From NCBI GenBank assembly GCA_017307065.1, contig JAFKGL010000010.1, positions 9,500 through 73,499 of the forward strand: a stretch of DNA of 64,000 nt. The letters run 5' to 3'. This DNA is from Candidatus Paracaedimonas acanthamoebae (GTDB lineage Bacteria > Pseudomonadota > Alphaproteobacteria > Caedimonadales > Caedimonadaceae). Shown here piece after piece: positions 38,059 through 48,047 of the stretch. The notes under the pieces are model-generated. The model made no database searches. It saw only the letters and a program-made list of their open reading frames with translations, and was not told the DNA's origin. The position numbers and the translations under genes are program-made. Numbering within the stretch: position 1 is the stretch's first letter; every line of letters starts with the position of its first letter.

Positions 38059-38087
38059 ACTATAATGAGGTTGATTCGGCCATGCAA
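38059..38087 (-). promoter_or_regulatory. Candidate sigma70-type promoter for tRNA-Pro (and possibly fbaB)
   Basis: Minus strand: TTGCAT, 17-nt spacer, TATAGT, ending 10 nt before the tRNA 5' end. Confidence 0.55.
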
Positions 38088-38170
38088 GATGGTTCCCGAA
38101 AAAAGTTATCAAAAGAGGGATTTTTTTAAGTCTTAAAAGATTCTCAGCGCGATAAGAAAGAATAGAATGC

Positions 38171-38194
38171 TTTTTAGTTGTATTTAACTAAAAA
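38171..38194. promoter_or_regulatory. Perfect 9-bp inverted repeat upstream of fadL (candidate operator)
   Basis: tttttagtt-gtattt-aactaaaaa, 45-68 nt upstream of the fadL ATG. AT-rich, so chance occurrence is possible. Confidence 0.25.
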
Positions 38195-38238
38195 AATCGC
38201 TTTATTGTGAAAAGGTTAATTAAATTTATGGAGAAAAT

Positions 38239-39540
38239 ATGAAGAAACTTCACTCATTAGTTTTAATTACTGCAAGTTTAGCAGGAAGTGTAAGTCCTCT
38301 TATTGCCGGTGGTTATGAAGCTAAACTTTGGAATTCCGATAGCATCGGTGAAGCCCTTGCAGGAAGTTCAGTCAAAGAAGGCGATATTACAACAATGACT
38401 CGAAACCCGGCGTCAGCTTTAGGGTTTATGACTTCTCCTTATCAAGTTGCAGTGGCAAGCACCGTTGTACTTCCCAGCATTAAATTTAAGGATAAGGGAT
38501 CAAAAGTTGCATCCGGTGCTGCTTTAACAGGAAGCAATGGGGGGAATGGTGGCAAAGATGCAGTTGTTCCTGCGGCTTATTTAGCCTGGAATTTTAACAA
38601 AGATGTGAAGTTTGGTCTTGCCATTACAAGCCCCTGGGGCCTTAAAACTGACTATGAAGAGGGTTGGAAAGGGCGGTATCATGCTTTAAGGTCAGAATTA
38701 AAGACGATCAATATTATGCCAGCGGTTGCCTATAAAGTGAATGAGCAATTTGCAATTGGTGCAGGCGTGCAGATTCAATATATGGATGTGCGTTTATCTC
38801 GCGCGATTGATTTTGGATCTTTTTTTGGAGCATCTCAAGCCTATGATGGAGGAGTTAAGCTCAAGGGAGATAAGTGGAGTTATGGGTGGAACGTTGGCTT
38901 AGCTTATCGTCTTTTAAAGAATGTTCGCCTTGGATTGAATTATACTAGCCAAGTTCATCATAAGCTTACAGGAAAAGCTAATTTTGAAAAACCCGCAGCC
39001 ATAGCGCCTTATTTAAATGCGCCTCGTTTTAATAATCAAGGCATCAAAGCAGATGTAAAAACACCAGAACGCGTTATTTTAGGCGCCGCATGGGATTTTC
39101 ATCCTCAAATGACTTTATTGGGAGAGGTTAATTATACTCAGTGGAAACGGATGAAAGAAATTAATGTCCGTTTTGCTACACCAGGTGTAGTCCCCGATAT
39201 TACGCCGATGAAATGGCGGAATACGGTTTCTTATCATCTTGGTTTAAATTGGCGTCCTTCTGAAGAATGGACATTCCGGACAGGGTATGCTTTTGATCCA
39301 TCGGCTGTTCGCGATGATCACCGAACACCTGCCGTTCCCGATCAAGAACGTCATTGGGCAGCTCTTGGTGCGACGTGGACTCCAACTGAAGCTAAGGATG
39401 TGTCTTTTTCCATTAACTATGCGCATGAATTCGTTCGTAAGGCTAAAAGCAAACTTAACGATGCAAGTCGTGGTAACTTAGTTGGTTCCTATAAAACGAG
39501 CGTTGATTTAGTGAGCGCTCAAATTAAGTGGCGTTTCTAG
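38239..39540 (+). CDS. fadL: Outer-membrane long-chain fatty acid transporter (OmpP1/FadL family)
   Basis: Signal peptide, FadL-like N-terminus (GGYEAKLWNSDSIGEALAGSS), beta-barrel strands, terminal aromatic residue (KWRF). Confidence 0.87.
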   Translation: MKKLHSLVLITASLAGSVSPLIAGGYEAKLWNSDSIGEALAGSSVKEGDITTMTRNPASALGFMTSPYQVAVASTVVLPSIKFKDKGSKVASGAALTGSNGGNGGKDAVVPAAYLAWNFNKDVKFGLAITSPWGLKTDYEEGWKGRYHALRSELKTINIMPAVAYKVNEQFAIGAGVQIQYMDVRLSRAIDFGSFFGASQAYDGGVKLKGDKWSYGWNVGLAYRLLKNVRLGLNYTSQVHHKLTGKANFEKPAAIAPYLNAPRFNNQGIKADVKTPERVILGAAWDFHPQMTLLGEVNYTQWKRMKEINVRFATPGVVPDITPMKWRNTVSYHLGLNWRPSEEWTFRTGYAFDPSAVRDDHRTPAVPDQERHWAALGATWTPTEAKDVSFSINYAHEFVRKAKSKLNDASRGNLVGSYKTSVDLVSAQIKWRF

Positions 39541-39564
39541 TCGCTTATTAAGCTAAGAAAAAAA

Positions 39565-39599
39565 AGGTGTGTGAAGGTTATCACGCACCTTTTTTTTTA
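39565..39599 (+). terminator. Rho-independent terminator after fadL
   Basis: aggtgtgtga-aggt-tatcacgcacct followed by a 9-T run and preceded by an A-run. Confidence 0.8.
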
Positions 39600-39653
39600 A
39601 TCATTTTTTAACAAGAATTATTTCAAGATACAGATAAGGAAAGAGGAATAAAG

Positions 39654-41357
39654 ATGGGTAAACAAAAAAAAACTGAACATTTATGGCTAAAGAAATATCC
39701 TGAAGATATTTCTTGGGATGTTCAATTTACTGGCAAGCCCGTTTATGACTTACTTGAAGAAAGCGCTCGCAGATTTCCTACAAGACCATGCATTGATTTT
39801 TTAGGGAAAAAATTTAGTTACCAAGAAGTTTTGTCGCTTGTGAATAAAGTTGCGAAGGGATTACAAAATCTCGGCGTTAAAAAAGGCACAAAAGTGGGTA
39901 TTTTTATGCCTAACGCGGCTTATTTCCCCATTTTTTATTTTGGAATCTTAAAAGCAGGGGGCGTTGTCGTCAATTATAGTCCTCTTTATGTCGTCCAAGA
40001 AATTGCAGATCAGATTCGGGATTCTGAAACTGAAATAATGGTGACTCTTGATCTTGAAGTTCTTTATTCGAAAATTCTTGCAGCACAAAAAGAGACAAAG
40101 TTTAAAAAAATTATTATTTGTCCCGTTAAAGATATCTTGCCTTTCCCTAAAAATATTCTGTTCCCATTGTTAAAACGGAAGGATCTCGCAAATATGTCAT
40201 GGGATCAGCATCACGTTCGTTTTAAAGAGCTCATTAATAATGAAGGGAATCCTAAAGTCATCAAGATTGATCCTCAGGAAGACATTGCCGTTTTTCAATA
40301 TACGGGCGGCACCACAGGGTTACCTAAAGGCGCCATGCTAACGCATGCGAATATCTATATTAATGCTCAACAAGCTCGTCTGTGGTTCTCAAAAGTTAAT
40401 GAAGGAAATGAGCGTATTTTAGCGGCTCTCCCCCTGTTTCATGTCTTTGCAATGACAGCTATTATGACATTCGCAATCAGATCTGGCTCAGAAATGTTCA
40501 TGATGTTTCCACGATTCAATGTGGATGAAGCCATGAAGATGATTCAAAAGCATAAGATTACATTTTTTCCTGCTGTTCCAACAATTTATACAATGATTAA
40601 CAACCATCCTAATATTAAGAATTTTAACTTAAAGAGTTTGAACGCATGTTTATCAGGAGGGGCGCCTCTTCCTATCGAAGTCAAAAAGAAATTTGAAGAG
40701 TTGACGGGGTGTAAGCTTGTAGAAGCTTATGGACTTTCAGAAACATCGCCAGGCGTCACCTCTAATCCTTTTTACGCCCTTAATAAAGCAGGGTCTATAG
40801 GCATTCCTTTACCCGGGACGGAAGTCCGCATTATGTCTTCTGAGAAAAAAGATCAAGAAGTTCCTCAAGGAGAACGAGGAGAAATATGTATTAAAGGTCC
40901 TCAGGTGATGAAAGGTTATTGGAAGCGTCCTGAAGACACACAGAGTGTATTCCAGGGGGATTATTTTCGGACAGGTGATATCGGTTATATGGATGAGGAT
41001 GGATATATTTTCCTCGTGGATCGACTGAAGGATTTAATAATTTGTAGTGGGTATAATGTTTATCCTCGAGTTGTTGAAGAAGCCATTTACCAATATCCAG
41101 ACGTTGAAGAAGTAACCGTGATTGGTGTGCCAGATAAGAAACAAGGGGAAAGCGTTAAAGCTTTTGTAAAATTGAAATCAGGAAAAAAAGCTGATCCGGA
41201 TGACATAAAAAAGTTTCTACAAGACCGTTTATCCGCTGTTGAAATGCCACGATATTTTGAATTTCGGGACACGCTTCCCAAAACGATGATTGGAAAATTA
41301 TCTAAGAAAGAACTTCGAGCAGAAGAATTAAATAAACCAACTAAAAAGGCAACTTAG
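39654..41357 (+). CDS. fadD: Long-chain-fatty-acid--CoA ligase
   Basis: AMP-binding signature YTGGTTGLPKGA, GYGLSE-type motif (AYGLSETSP) and C-terminal GKLSKKELR. Confidence 0.92.
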   Translation: MGKQKKTEHLWLKKYPEDISWDVQFTGKPVYDLLEESARRFPTRPCIDFLGKKFSYQEVLSLVNKVAKGLQNLGVKKGTKVGIFMPNAAYFPIFYFGILKAGGVVVNYSPLYVVQEIADQIRDSETEIMVTLDLEVLYSKILAAQKETKFKKIIICPVKDILPFPKNILFPLLKRKDLANMSWDQHHVRFKELINNEGNPKVIKIDPQEDIAVFQYTGGTTGLPKGAMLTHANIYINAQQARLWFSKVNEGNERILAALPLFHVFAMTAIMTFAIRSGSEMFMMFPRFNVDEAMKMIQKHKITFFPAVPTIYTMINNHPNIKNFNLKSLNACLSGGAPLPIEVKKKFEELTGCKLVEAYGLSETSPGVTSNPFYALNKAGSIGIPLPGTEVRIMSSEKKDQEVPQGERGEICIKGPQVMKGYWKRPEDTQSVFQGDYFRTGDIGYMDEDGYIFLVDRLKDLIICSGYNVYPRVVEEAIYQYPDVEEVTVIGVPDKKQGESVKAFVKLKSGKKADPDDIKKFLQDRLSAVEMPRYFEFRDTLPKTMIGKLSKKELRAEELNKPTKKAT

Positions 41358-41372
41358 CTATTAAGAGGGGGA

Positions 41373-42521
41373 ATGACAATGACAACAAAAGCGCTTATTG
41401 CAGGATATGTGAGATCACCTTTTACTTTTGCGAATAAAGGCGAACTTACAAAAGTTCGCGCTGACGATTTAGCTGCTTTTGTCATCAAAGACCTCCTCAA
41501 CAAAACAGGGATTAATGCTAACGACATTGAAGATCTTCTTTTAGGGTGTGCTTTTCCTGAAGGAGAGCAAGGATTAAACGTAGCTCGATTGATTGTTTTG
41601 TTGGCAGAACTTCCTCTTTCAATAGGGGGTGTGACAATAAATCGATTTTGTGGATCTTCGATGCAGGCTATTCATTCTGCTGTGGGCGCAATCGAAGCCG
41701 GAGCGGGAGAGGTTTTTATCTGTGCAGGTGTTGAATCCATGAGTCGCGTGCCCATGGGAGGCTTTAATCCAATGCCAAACCCTAAACTTTATGAAACCAT
41801 GCCAGGAGCTTATATGTCGATGGGAGAGACGGCTGAAAATGTCGCCCGACGTTTTGACATTTCAAGGAAAACACAAGATGAATTCGCGGTTGAGAGTCAC
41901 AAACGCGCGGCTGCAGCGCGTGAAAATGGCAAGTTGGAAGAAGAAATCATAGCAGTCCCTATCCGAGATCAAAAAATTGAGAGAGATGGCTGTATTCGTC
42001 CAGAAACAACTTTGGATGTGCTCGCCACACTTAAACCAGCTTTTGAAGAAGGAGGGTCCGTCACAGCGGGAACTTCTTCACCTCTCACTGATGGGGCTGC
42101 AGCTGTTTTGGTTGTCTCTGAAGAATATGCAAAAAGAAATAACCTCCCTTGTCTTGCAAGAATTAAGTCGATGGCAATTTCTGGTTGCGATCCCGAAGTG
42201 ATGGGGATAGGTCCTGTAAATGCTACCCGAAAAGCGCTGAAACGCGCAGGACTTGAAATAAAAGACCTGGATATTATCGAGCTTAATGAAGCTTTTGCTT
42301 CTCAAGCTATTGCTTGTGTAAAAGAGCTCGGCCTTGACCTTCAAAAGGTTAATATTGATGGTGGGGCAATTGCCTTGGGGCACCCCTTAGGAGCGACAGG
42401 CGCTCGTATTACAGGAAAGGCGGCAGCCTTACTCAAACGAGAAAAAAAGAGATATGCCCTGGCTACGCAATGTATCGGTGGCGGCCAAGGAATTGCAACT
42501 ATCTTGGAGGCCTGCGAATGA
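41373..42521 (+). CDS. fadA: Acetyl-CoA C-acyltransferase (3-ketoacyl-CoA thiolase)
   Basis: Thiolase active-site Cys (INRFCGSSMQA), NEAFASQ, and the C-terminal GHPLGATGARI...CIGGGQG motifs. Confidence 0.92.
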   Translation: MTMTTKALIAGYVRSPFTFANKGELTKVRADDLAAFVIKDLLNKTGINANDIEDLLLGCAFPEGEQGLNVARLIVLLAELPLSIGGVTINRFCGSSMQAIHSAVGAIEAGAGEVFICAGVESMSRVPMGGFNPMPNPKLYETMPGAYMSMGETAENVARRFDISRKTQDEFAVESHKRAAAARENGKLEEEIIAVPIRDQKIERDGCIRPETTLDVLATLKPAFEEGGSVTAGTSSPLTDGAAAVLVVSEEYAKRNNLPCLARIKSMAISGCDPEVMGIGPVNATRKALKRAGLEIKDLDIIELNEAFASQAIACVKELGLDLQKVNIDGGAIALGHPLGATGARITGKAAALLKREKKRYALATQCIGGGQGIATILEACE

Positions 42522-44842
42522 CTTTTGAGATTAAAAAAGTTGGTGTGATTGGTGCGGGCACAATGGGCAGTGGAATTGCAGCTCATCTTGCAAATGCGGG
42601 CGTTGAAGTGCTTCTTTTAGATATGCCTCAATCGGGATTTGGAAAAAAGAATCAACTTGCAGAGCAAGCTATTGAACGCTTACAGAAAGTTGATCCTGCG
42701 GCTTTTATGACACCTAAGATGGCTAAATTTATTACCCCTGGGAATCTTGAAGATGATCTTGAGAAGCTAAGCGCCTGTGATTGGATAATTGAGGCCATTG
42801 TTGAAAATCTTGACGCTAAACAAAATTTATATCAAAAACTTGAAGGAATTCTTAAGCCTCATACAATTATCTCCTCCAATACGTCGACAATTTTGTTGCG
42901 GCACCTCATTAAAGATCGGACGAAAATTTTTCAATCATCTTTTATGATTACGCATTTTTTTAACCCCCCCCGATATATGCGTTTATTGGAAGTCATAAAA
43001 AGTTCCTTTACAGATCCTAAAAAAGTTGAGGCCATAAAATTATTTACAGACATTAAATTAGGAAAAAGTGTTGTTGATTGCCACGATTCTCCGGGATTTA
43101 TTGGAAATCGTATCGGTATTTTTTGGCTGCAGCTTGCGGTTTTAGAAGCTATTCAACAAGGCCTCAAAGTTGAGGAAGTAGACGCCCTTTTTTCTAAACC
43201 GATGGGGATTCCTAAGACAGGTGTTTTTGGTTTAATTGATTTAGTGGGTCTTGATTTAATGCCCTTAATTGGTACGAGCATGAAAGCATCTCTGCCTTCT
43301 CATGACCTTTATTGTCAATTGGAACAAGAAACCCCTTTAATTCAAAAGATGATTTCAGAAGGGTATGTGGGGCGCAAAGGAAAGGGAGGATTTTATCGTA
43401 TTAATCGCGATAATGGGTCTAAAACTAAAGAAGTTATTGATCTTATAACGGGGACCTACAGTCAAACAAATAAGGTTAAACTTTCTATTTTAGAAAATAC
43501 ATCGACTCTAAAGGATCTTCTTTCTTATCCTGATCAGTATGGCAAGTATGTATGGTCGGTTCTTTCGCAACTCCTTTGCTATGTCGCGTCTAAAGTAGAT
43601 GAAATCGCTGATGATATTGTGGCTATTGATACGGCGATGAAGCTTGGGTATGGATGGAAATATGGTCCCTTCGAATTATTAGATAAAATTGGAACTTCAT
43701 GGTTTGTTCAAAGATTGAAAGAAGAAGGAAGAGCAGTACCATCTCTGTTAGAGAAGGTGGGTTCACATTCATTTTATAAAGTACAAGACGGCAAGCTTCA
43801 TCATTTAATCCTTAAAGGAGGGTATCAAGAAATTCAACGCCTTCCAGGGCAACTTTTACTGTCGGATATTAAAATTACATCGAAGCCTTTGGCCAAGAAT
43901 GGCTCCGCCGCCTTATGGGATATTGGAGACGGTGTGGTTTGTCTTGAATTTACAAGCAAGATGAATTCTATCGATCTTGATATTATGAAAATGATTCATA
44001 AAGCTGTCGAAATTGTTCAAAAAGATTACAAAGCCCTTGTAATTTATAATGAAGGTCAAAATTTCTCAGTAGGAGCAAATCTTGGGCTTGCGTTATTTGC
44101 TGTAAATTGTGCTTTGTGGCCTCTTATTCAACAACTCGTTGCAGAAGGGCAACAAGCTTATAAAGCGCTAAAATATGCGCCTTTTCCTGTCGTTGGCGCC
44201 CCTTCTGGAATGGCCTTAGGAGGCGGATGTGAAATACTTTTGCATTGTGATGCTATTCAAGCTCATGCTGAGACCTATATGGGATTAGTTGAAGTCGGTG
44301 TTGGCCTTGTTCCCGCCTGGGGTGGCTGTAAGGAAATGTTGGGACGTTGGCTTAATCATCATAAGCGGCCTGGCGGAGCAATGGTCGCTGTTGGAAAAGT
44401 CTTTGAAATGATTGGGACTGCGACAGTGGCAAAATCTGCGTTTGAAGCCAAAGAACTTTTATTCATAAAAGAAGAGAATGAAATCACGATGAATCGTGAT
44501 CGGTTGCTCGCTGCAGCAAAACAAAAAGCTCTTGATCTTGTTAAAGATTATCATCCCCCTCAAGCACATCTCTATTCTCTTCCTGGAGGTGTGGCTCGTG
44601 TGGCTCTTTCCATGGCGGTTAAAGTCCTTGTTAAGGCAGGAAAAGCAACGCCTTATGATGAAGAAGTCTCAAAATATTTAGCCACAATTTTAAGTGGTGG
44701 AGATATTGATATTACAGACACTCAAGGAGAAGATGAAATTCTAAAACTTGAGAGAGAAGCATTCATCACTTTGATTAAAAACCCAAAAACCCTTGCAAGA
44801 ATAGAACATATCCTCGCAACAGGTAAGCCTTTAAGGAACTAG
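42518..44842 (+). CDS. Bifunctional 3-hydroxyacyl-CoA dehydrogenase / enoyl-CoA hydratase family protein
   Basis: ATGA start/stop overlap with fadA. N-terminal Rossmann fold VGVIGAGTMGSGIA and C-terminal crotonase fold (GANLG...GGGCEILLHCD). The track start at 42470 lies inside fadA and was not used. Confidence 0.9.
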   Translation: MTFEIKKVGVIGAGTMGSGIAAHLANAGVEVLLLDMPQSGFGKKNQLAEQAIERLQKVDPAAFMTPKMAKFITPGNLEDDLEKLSACDWIIEAIVENLDAKQNLYQKLEGILKPHTIISSNTSTILLRHLIKDRTKIFQSSFMITHFFNPPRYMRLLEVIKSSFTDPKKVEAIKLFTDIKLGKSVVDCHDSPGFIGNRIGIFWLQLAVLEAIQQGLKVEEVDALFSKPMGIPKTGVFGLIDLVGLDLMPLIGTSMKASLPSHDLYCQLEQETPLIQKMISEGYVGRKGKGGFYRINRDNGSKTKEVIDLITGTYSQTNKVKLSILENTSTLKDLLSYPDQYGKYVWSVLSQLLCYVASKVDEIADDIVAIDTAMKLGYGWKYGPFELLDKIGTSWFVQRLKEEGRAVPSLLEKVGSHSFYKVQDGKLHHLILKGGYQEIQRLPGQLLLSDIKITSKPLAKNGSAALWDIGDGVVCLEFTSKMNSIDLDIMKMIHKAVEIVQKDYKALVIYNEGQNFSVGANLGLALFAVNCALWPLIQQLVAEGQQAYKALKYAPFPVVGAPSGMALGGGCEILLHCDAIQAHAETYMGLVEVGVGLVPAWGGCKEMLGRWLNHHKRPGGAMVAVGKVFEMIGTATVAKSAFEAKELLFIKEENEITMNRDRLLAAAKQKALDLVKDYHPPQAHLYSLPGGVARVALSMAVKVLVKAGKATPYDEEVSKYLATILSGGDIDITDTQGEDEILKLEREAFITLIKNPKTLARIEHILATGKPLRN

Positions 44843-44845
44843 AGA

Positions 44846-46639
44846 ATGCCAAGTTATAAAGCTCCCTTACGTGATATGAAGTTCGCCATGTTAGAGCTTT
44901 TTGCAAGCTCTGAAGAGGCAATTTTTCCTGGATTTGAAAACTTGTCTGAACAAGATATTGAGATGATTCTTACTGAAGCTGCAAAGTTTTGTGAAAACGT
45001 CCTTTTTCCGCTCAATTTAAGTGGTGATACAGAAGGATGTCATTGGGAAAATCGAGAAGTGAAAACGCCGAAAGGTTTTAAAGAAGCTTATCATGAATTT
45101 GTTAGTAGTGGATGGGCATCTCTTGCTTGTGAACCTGAATTTGGAGGACAAGGCCTTCCAGAGACTATAGCGCTGACTGTAGAAGAGATGGTCTGTTCTT
45201 CTAATCTTTCTTTTGGACTATATCCGGGTCTGACGCGTGGAGCTTATCAACTTCTATTAAAACATGGAACAGATGAATTAAAACGCCATTATCTTCCCAA
45301 AATGGTTGAAGGCGTATGGAGCGGCACGATGTGCTTAACTGAGCCTCATTGCGGAACAGATTTAGGATTAGTGCGGACTAAGGCTCTCTCTCAATCCGAT
45401 GGAAGCTATAAAATCACAGGAACAAAAATTTTCATTTCTTCTGGAGAACATGATCTCACAGAGAATATCATTCACTTTGTTTTGGCGCGCACACCTGAAG
45501 GACCTGTGGGGGTTCGAGGCGTTAGTTTATTCCTTGTTCCTAAATTTTTATCCAACTCAGATGGAGGTATTACGGAGCGTAATTTAGTCTATTGTGATTC
45601 TATTGAACATAAGATGGGTCTTAAAGGTTCTGCAACCTGTGTGCTGAATTTTGAAGAGGCAAAAGGTTGGCTTGTTGGCTCTCTTTATAAAGGGGTAGCT
45701 AATATGTTCACTATGATGAATAATGAGCGTTTAGCTGTCGGAAATCAGGGTCTTGGGATCGCAGAGATCGCGTATCAAAATGCGCTTTCTTATGCAAAAG
45801 AACGGCTACAAGGAAGATCGTTAACAGGGATAAAGCATCCTGAAAAAGCGGCGGACCCTATTATCGTTCATCCAGATGTTCGTAAAATGCTGTTGACAAT
45901 GAAAGCCTATAACGAAGGAAATCGGATGCTTGGGACGTGGGTTGCTTCTCAGGTTGTACGTTCCCAAAAAGCTGAAAATGAGAATGATCGTGAAGAGGCT
46001 GAGGAATTTGTTCAGTTAATGACCCCTATTGTTAAAGCATTTATGACGGATTGCGGGACAGAAGTTGCAAGCCTAGGGGTGCAAGTCTATGGAGGGCACG
46101 GCTATATTCATGAATATGGGATGGAGCAATATCTACGGGATGCGCGTATTGCGCAGATTTATGAAGGCACGAATGGTGTTCAGGCCCTCGATCTTGTAGG
46201 CCGAAAAATTCCGATGGCAACAGGAAGATATTTACGTCGTTTCTTTCATCCAGTTTATAATTATATTCAAGAAAAACAGGGAGATGAAATGTTAGCTGAA
46301 TTCATAGGACCTCTTCAAAAAGCGTTTGATCGTCTTCAACAAGCAACAATCTCTTTAGCTCAGCGAGGATTAAGTAATCCTGATGAGATTGGCGCTGCGG
46401 CTTCTGATTATTTGAGGATGTTTGCTTTGACTTCCCATGCGTATTTATGGACAAAAGCCTGTGAGATTGCTTATGCAAAAAAAGAGGGACATGAAAGAGA
46501 TTTCTATGAGAGTAAAATAGCAACGGCGCGATTTTTTATGCAGAAAATTCTTCCGCAAACTTCTTCTTTATTTGCGTGTATTATGTCTGGTTCTAAGTCT
46601 TTGATGGAAATCAAAGAAGAAGATTTTGGACCTTTTTGA
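44846..46639 (+). CDS. Acyl-CoA dehydrogenase (long, FadE-like with C-terminal extension)
   Basis: ACAD motifs (CLTEPHCGTDLG; YEGTNGVQALDLVGRK). 597 aa. Confidence 0.92.
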   Translation: MPSYKAPLRDMKFAMLELFASSEEAIFPGFENLSEQDIEMILTEAAKFCENVLFPLNLSGDTEGCHWENREVKTPKGFKEAYHEFVSSGWASLACEPEFGGQGLPETIALTVEEMVCSSNLSFGLYPGLTRGAYQLLLKHGTDELKRHYLPKMVEGVWSGTMCLTEPHCGTDLGLVRTKALSQSDGSYKITGTKIFISSGEHDLTENIIHFVLARTPEGPVGVRGVSLFLVPKFLSNSDGGITERNLVYCDSIEHKMGLKGSATCVLNFEEAKGWLVGSLYKGVANMFTMMNNERLAVGNQGLGIAEIAYQNALSYAKERLQGRSLTGIKHPEKAADPIIVHPDVRKMLLTMKAYNEGNRMLGTWVASQVVRSQKAENENDREEAEEFVQLMTPIVKAFMTDCGTEVASLGVQVYGGHGYIHEYGMEQYLRDARIAQIYEGTNGVQALDLVGRKIPMATGRYLRRFFHPVYNYIQEKQGDEMLAEFIGPLQKAFDRLQQATISLAQRGLSNPDEIGAAASDYLRMFALTSHAYLWTKACEIAYAKKEGHERDFYESKIATARFFMQKILPQTSSLFACIMSGSKSLMEIKEEDFGPF

Positions 46640-46680
46640 GGTTTTTGTTTTAGAGTAAAATAAATTTGAGGGGTATGTGT

Positions 46681-47205
46681 ATGAATCTGATTATTCGTTT
46701 GCTGCGTATCTTTCTACAGTCATTTTTTCGGACACCCCTTGATTTTTTTGGGACATCTATTCTCTCTTTTCGGGTCATTCCAACGGATCTTGATCTTAAC
46801 TTGCATATGACAAACTCGCGCTATTTTAGTCTTATGGATTTAGGTCGTTTAGACCTTATTTTACGTTCAAATGGACGTGGGCTTGTATTCAAAAAAAAGT
46901 GGCAAGCTGTTCTTGGGGCAAGTCATATTAGATTCCGTCGAGCTTTAAATTGTTTCCAGAAATTTGAATTACATAGTAGCATTATCGGATGGGATGAAAA
47001 GTGGTTTTACATTGAACAACGTCTTGTTTCTCATGGCCAATTGGCAGCGGTTGCTATTGTAAAAGCTCTTTTTATTAATAAAAAAGGATCTGTTCCGACG
47101 CAGAAAGTATTTTCTGAATTGAAAATTGTCCTTGAAAAAGAGCGCTTAACATCCGCCATAAGGCACTGGCGCACCCTAGAAGAATCTATTCGTGAAAAGA
47201 GATGA
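46681..47205 (+). CDS. Hotdog-fold acyl-CoA thioesterase family protein
   Basis: 4HBT/THEM6-like pattern (DLDLNLHMTNSRYFSLMDLGR...WDEKWFYIEQRL). Start is uncertain (TTG 46666, ATG 46675 or 46681). Confidence 0.62.
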   Translation: MNLIIRLLRIFLQSFFRTPLDFFGTSILSFRVIPTDLDLNLHMTNSRYFSLMDLGRLDLILRSNGRGLVFKKKWQAVLGASHIRFRRALNCFQKFELHSSIIGWDEKWFYIEQRLVSHGQLAAVAIVKALFINKKGSVPTQKVFSELKIVLEKERLTSAIRHWRTLEESIREKR

Positions 47206-47209
47206 TTCA

Positions 47210-48031
47210 ATGACAACTTTACAAGGGAAAACAATTTTTATCACAGGTGGAAGTCGCGGAATCGGAAAAGAAATTGCCTTAAAGGCGGCTAAAGAAGGTG
47301 CACATATTGTGATTGCTGCAAAAACAGCCGAGCCCCATCCTAAATTAGAAGGAACAATCTATACTGTGGCGGCAGAGATTGAGGAGCTGGGGGGGAAAGT
47401 TCTTCCTTTGCAATGTGATATTCGAAATGAAGAGCAAATTCAAGCTGCTGTTGAACAAACAATCAGAACTTTTGGGGGGATTGATGTTCTTATTAATAAT
47501 GCCAGTGCAATTTATTTAGCCTCAACGCTTGAAACTCCTTTAAAGAGATTTGACCTTATGTTTTCGATAAACGTGCGAGGAACTTTTGCAGTTACGCAAG
47601 CTTGTTTACCTTATCTTAAAAAAGCGATAAATCCTCATGTTCTGACTTTATCTCCCCCTTTAAATATGAATCCCAAATGGTTCGAGAAACATGGGGCTTA
47701 CACGATGTCTAAATATGGGATGAGTATGTGTGTTCTTGGAATGTCGCAAGAATTCTCCGAAGAAGGTATAGCTTTTAATGGGTTATGGCCAAAAACTATT
47801 ATTGCAACCGCCGCTGTTGAGATGTTAGGAGGAAAAACGTTGCTACAAGCAGCAAGAAAACCTGACATTGTGGCTGAAGCTGCTATTTTTATTATCAAAC
47901 GAAAGAGCCGACACTGCACAGGGCACTTTTTTATAGATGAAGAAGTTTTAAGAGAAGAAGGAATAACTGATTTTTCCTCTTATATTCAAGGATCTGAATC
48001 AAATTTACTTCCTGATCTTTTCTTAGATTAA
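47210..48031 (+). CDS. SDR family oxidoreductase (HSDL2-like)
   Basis: TGGSRGIG cofactor motif, NNAS, catalytic YTMSK. ATG at 47210 after the thioesterase stop. Confidence 0.87.
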   Translation: MTTLQGKTIFITGGSRGIGKEIALKAAKEGAHIVIAAKTAEPHPKLEGTIYTVAAEIEELGGKVLPLQCDIRNEEQIQAAVEQTIRTFGGIDVLINNASAIYLASTLETPLKRFDLMFSINVRGTFAVTQACLPYLKKAINPHVLTLSPPLNMNPKWFEKHGAYTMSKYGMSMCVLGMSQEFSEEGIAFNGLWPKTIIATAAVEMLGGKTLLQAARKPDIVAEAAIFIIKRKSRHCTGHFFIDEEVLREEGITDFSSYIQGSESNLLPDLFLD

Positions 48032-48047
48032 GAAACAAAAACAATAC

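Noticed and set aside
37947-38087. N-terminal extension of the aldolase ORF (track 37011-38087, 358 aa).
   Set aside because: The extension runs straight through a well-formed tRNA-Pro gene. The internal ATG at 37946 gives a normal FbaB N-terminus.
42470-42517. Upstream start for the dehydrogenase/hydratase gene inside fadA.
   Set aside because: The ATG at 42518 gives the canonical MTFEIKKVGVIGAGTMGSGIA Rossmann N-terminus and a typical ATGA coupling overlap.
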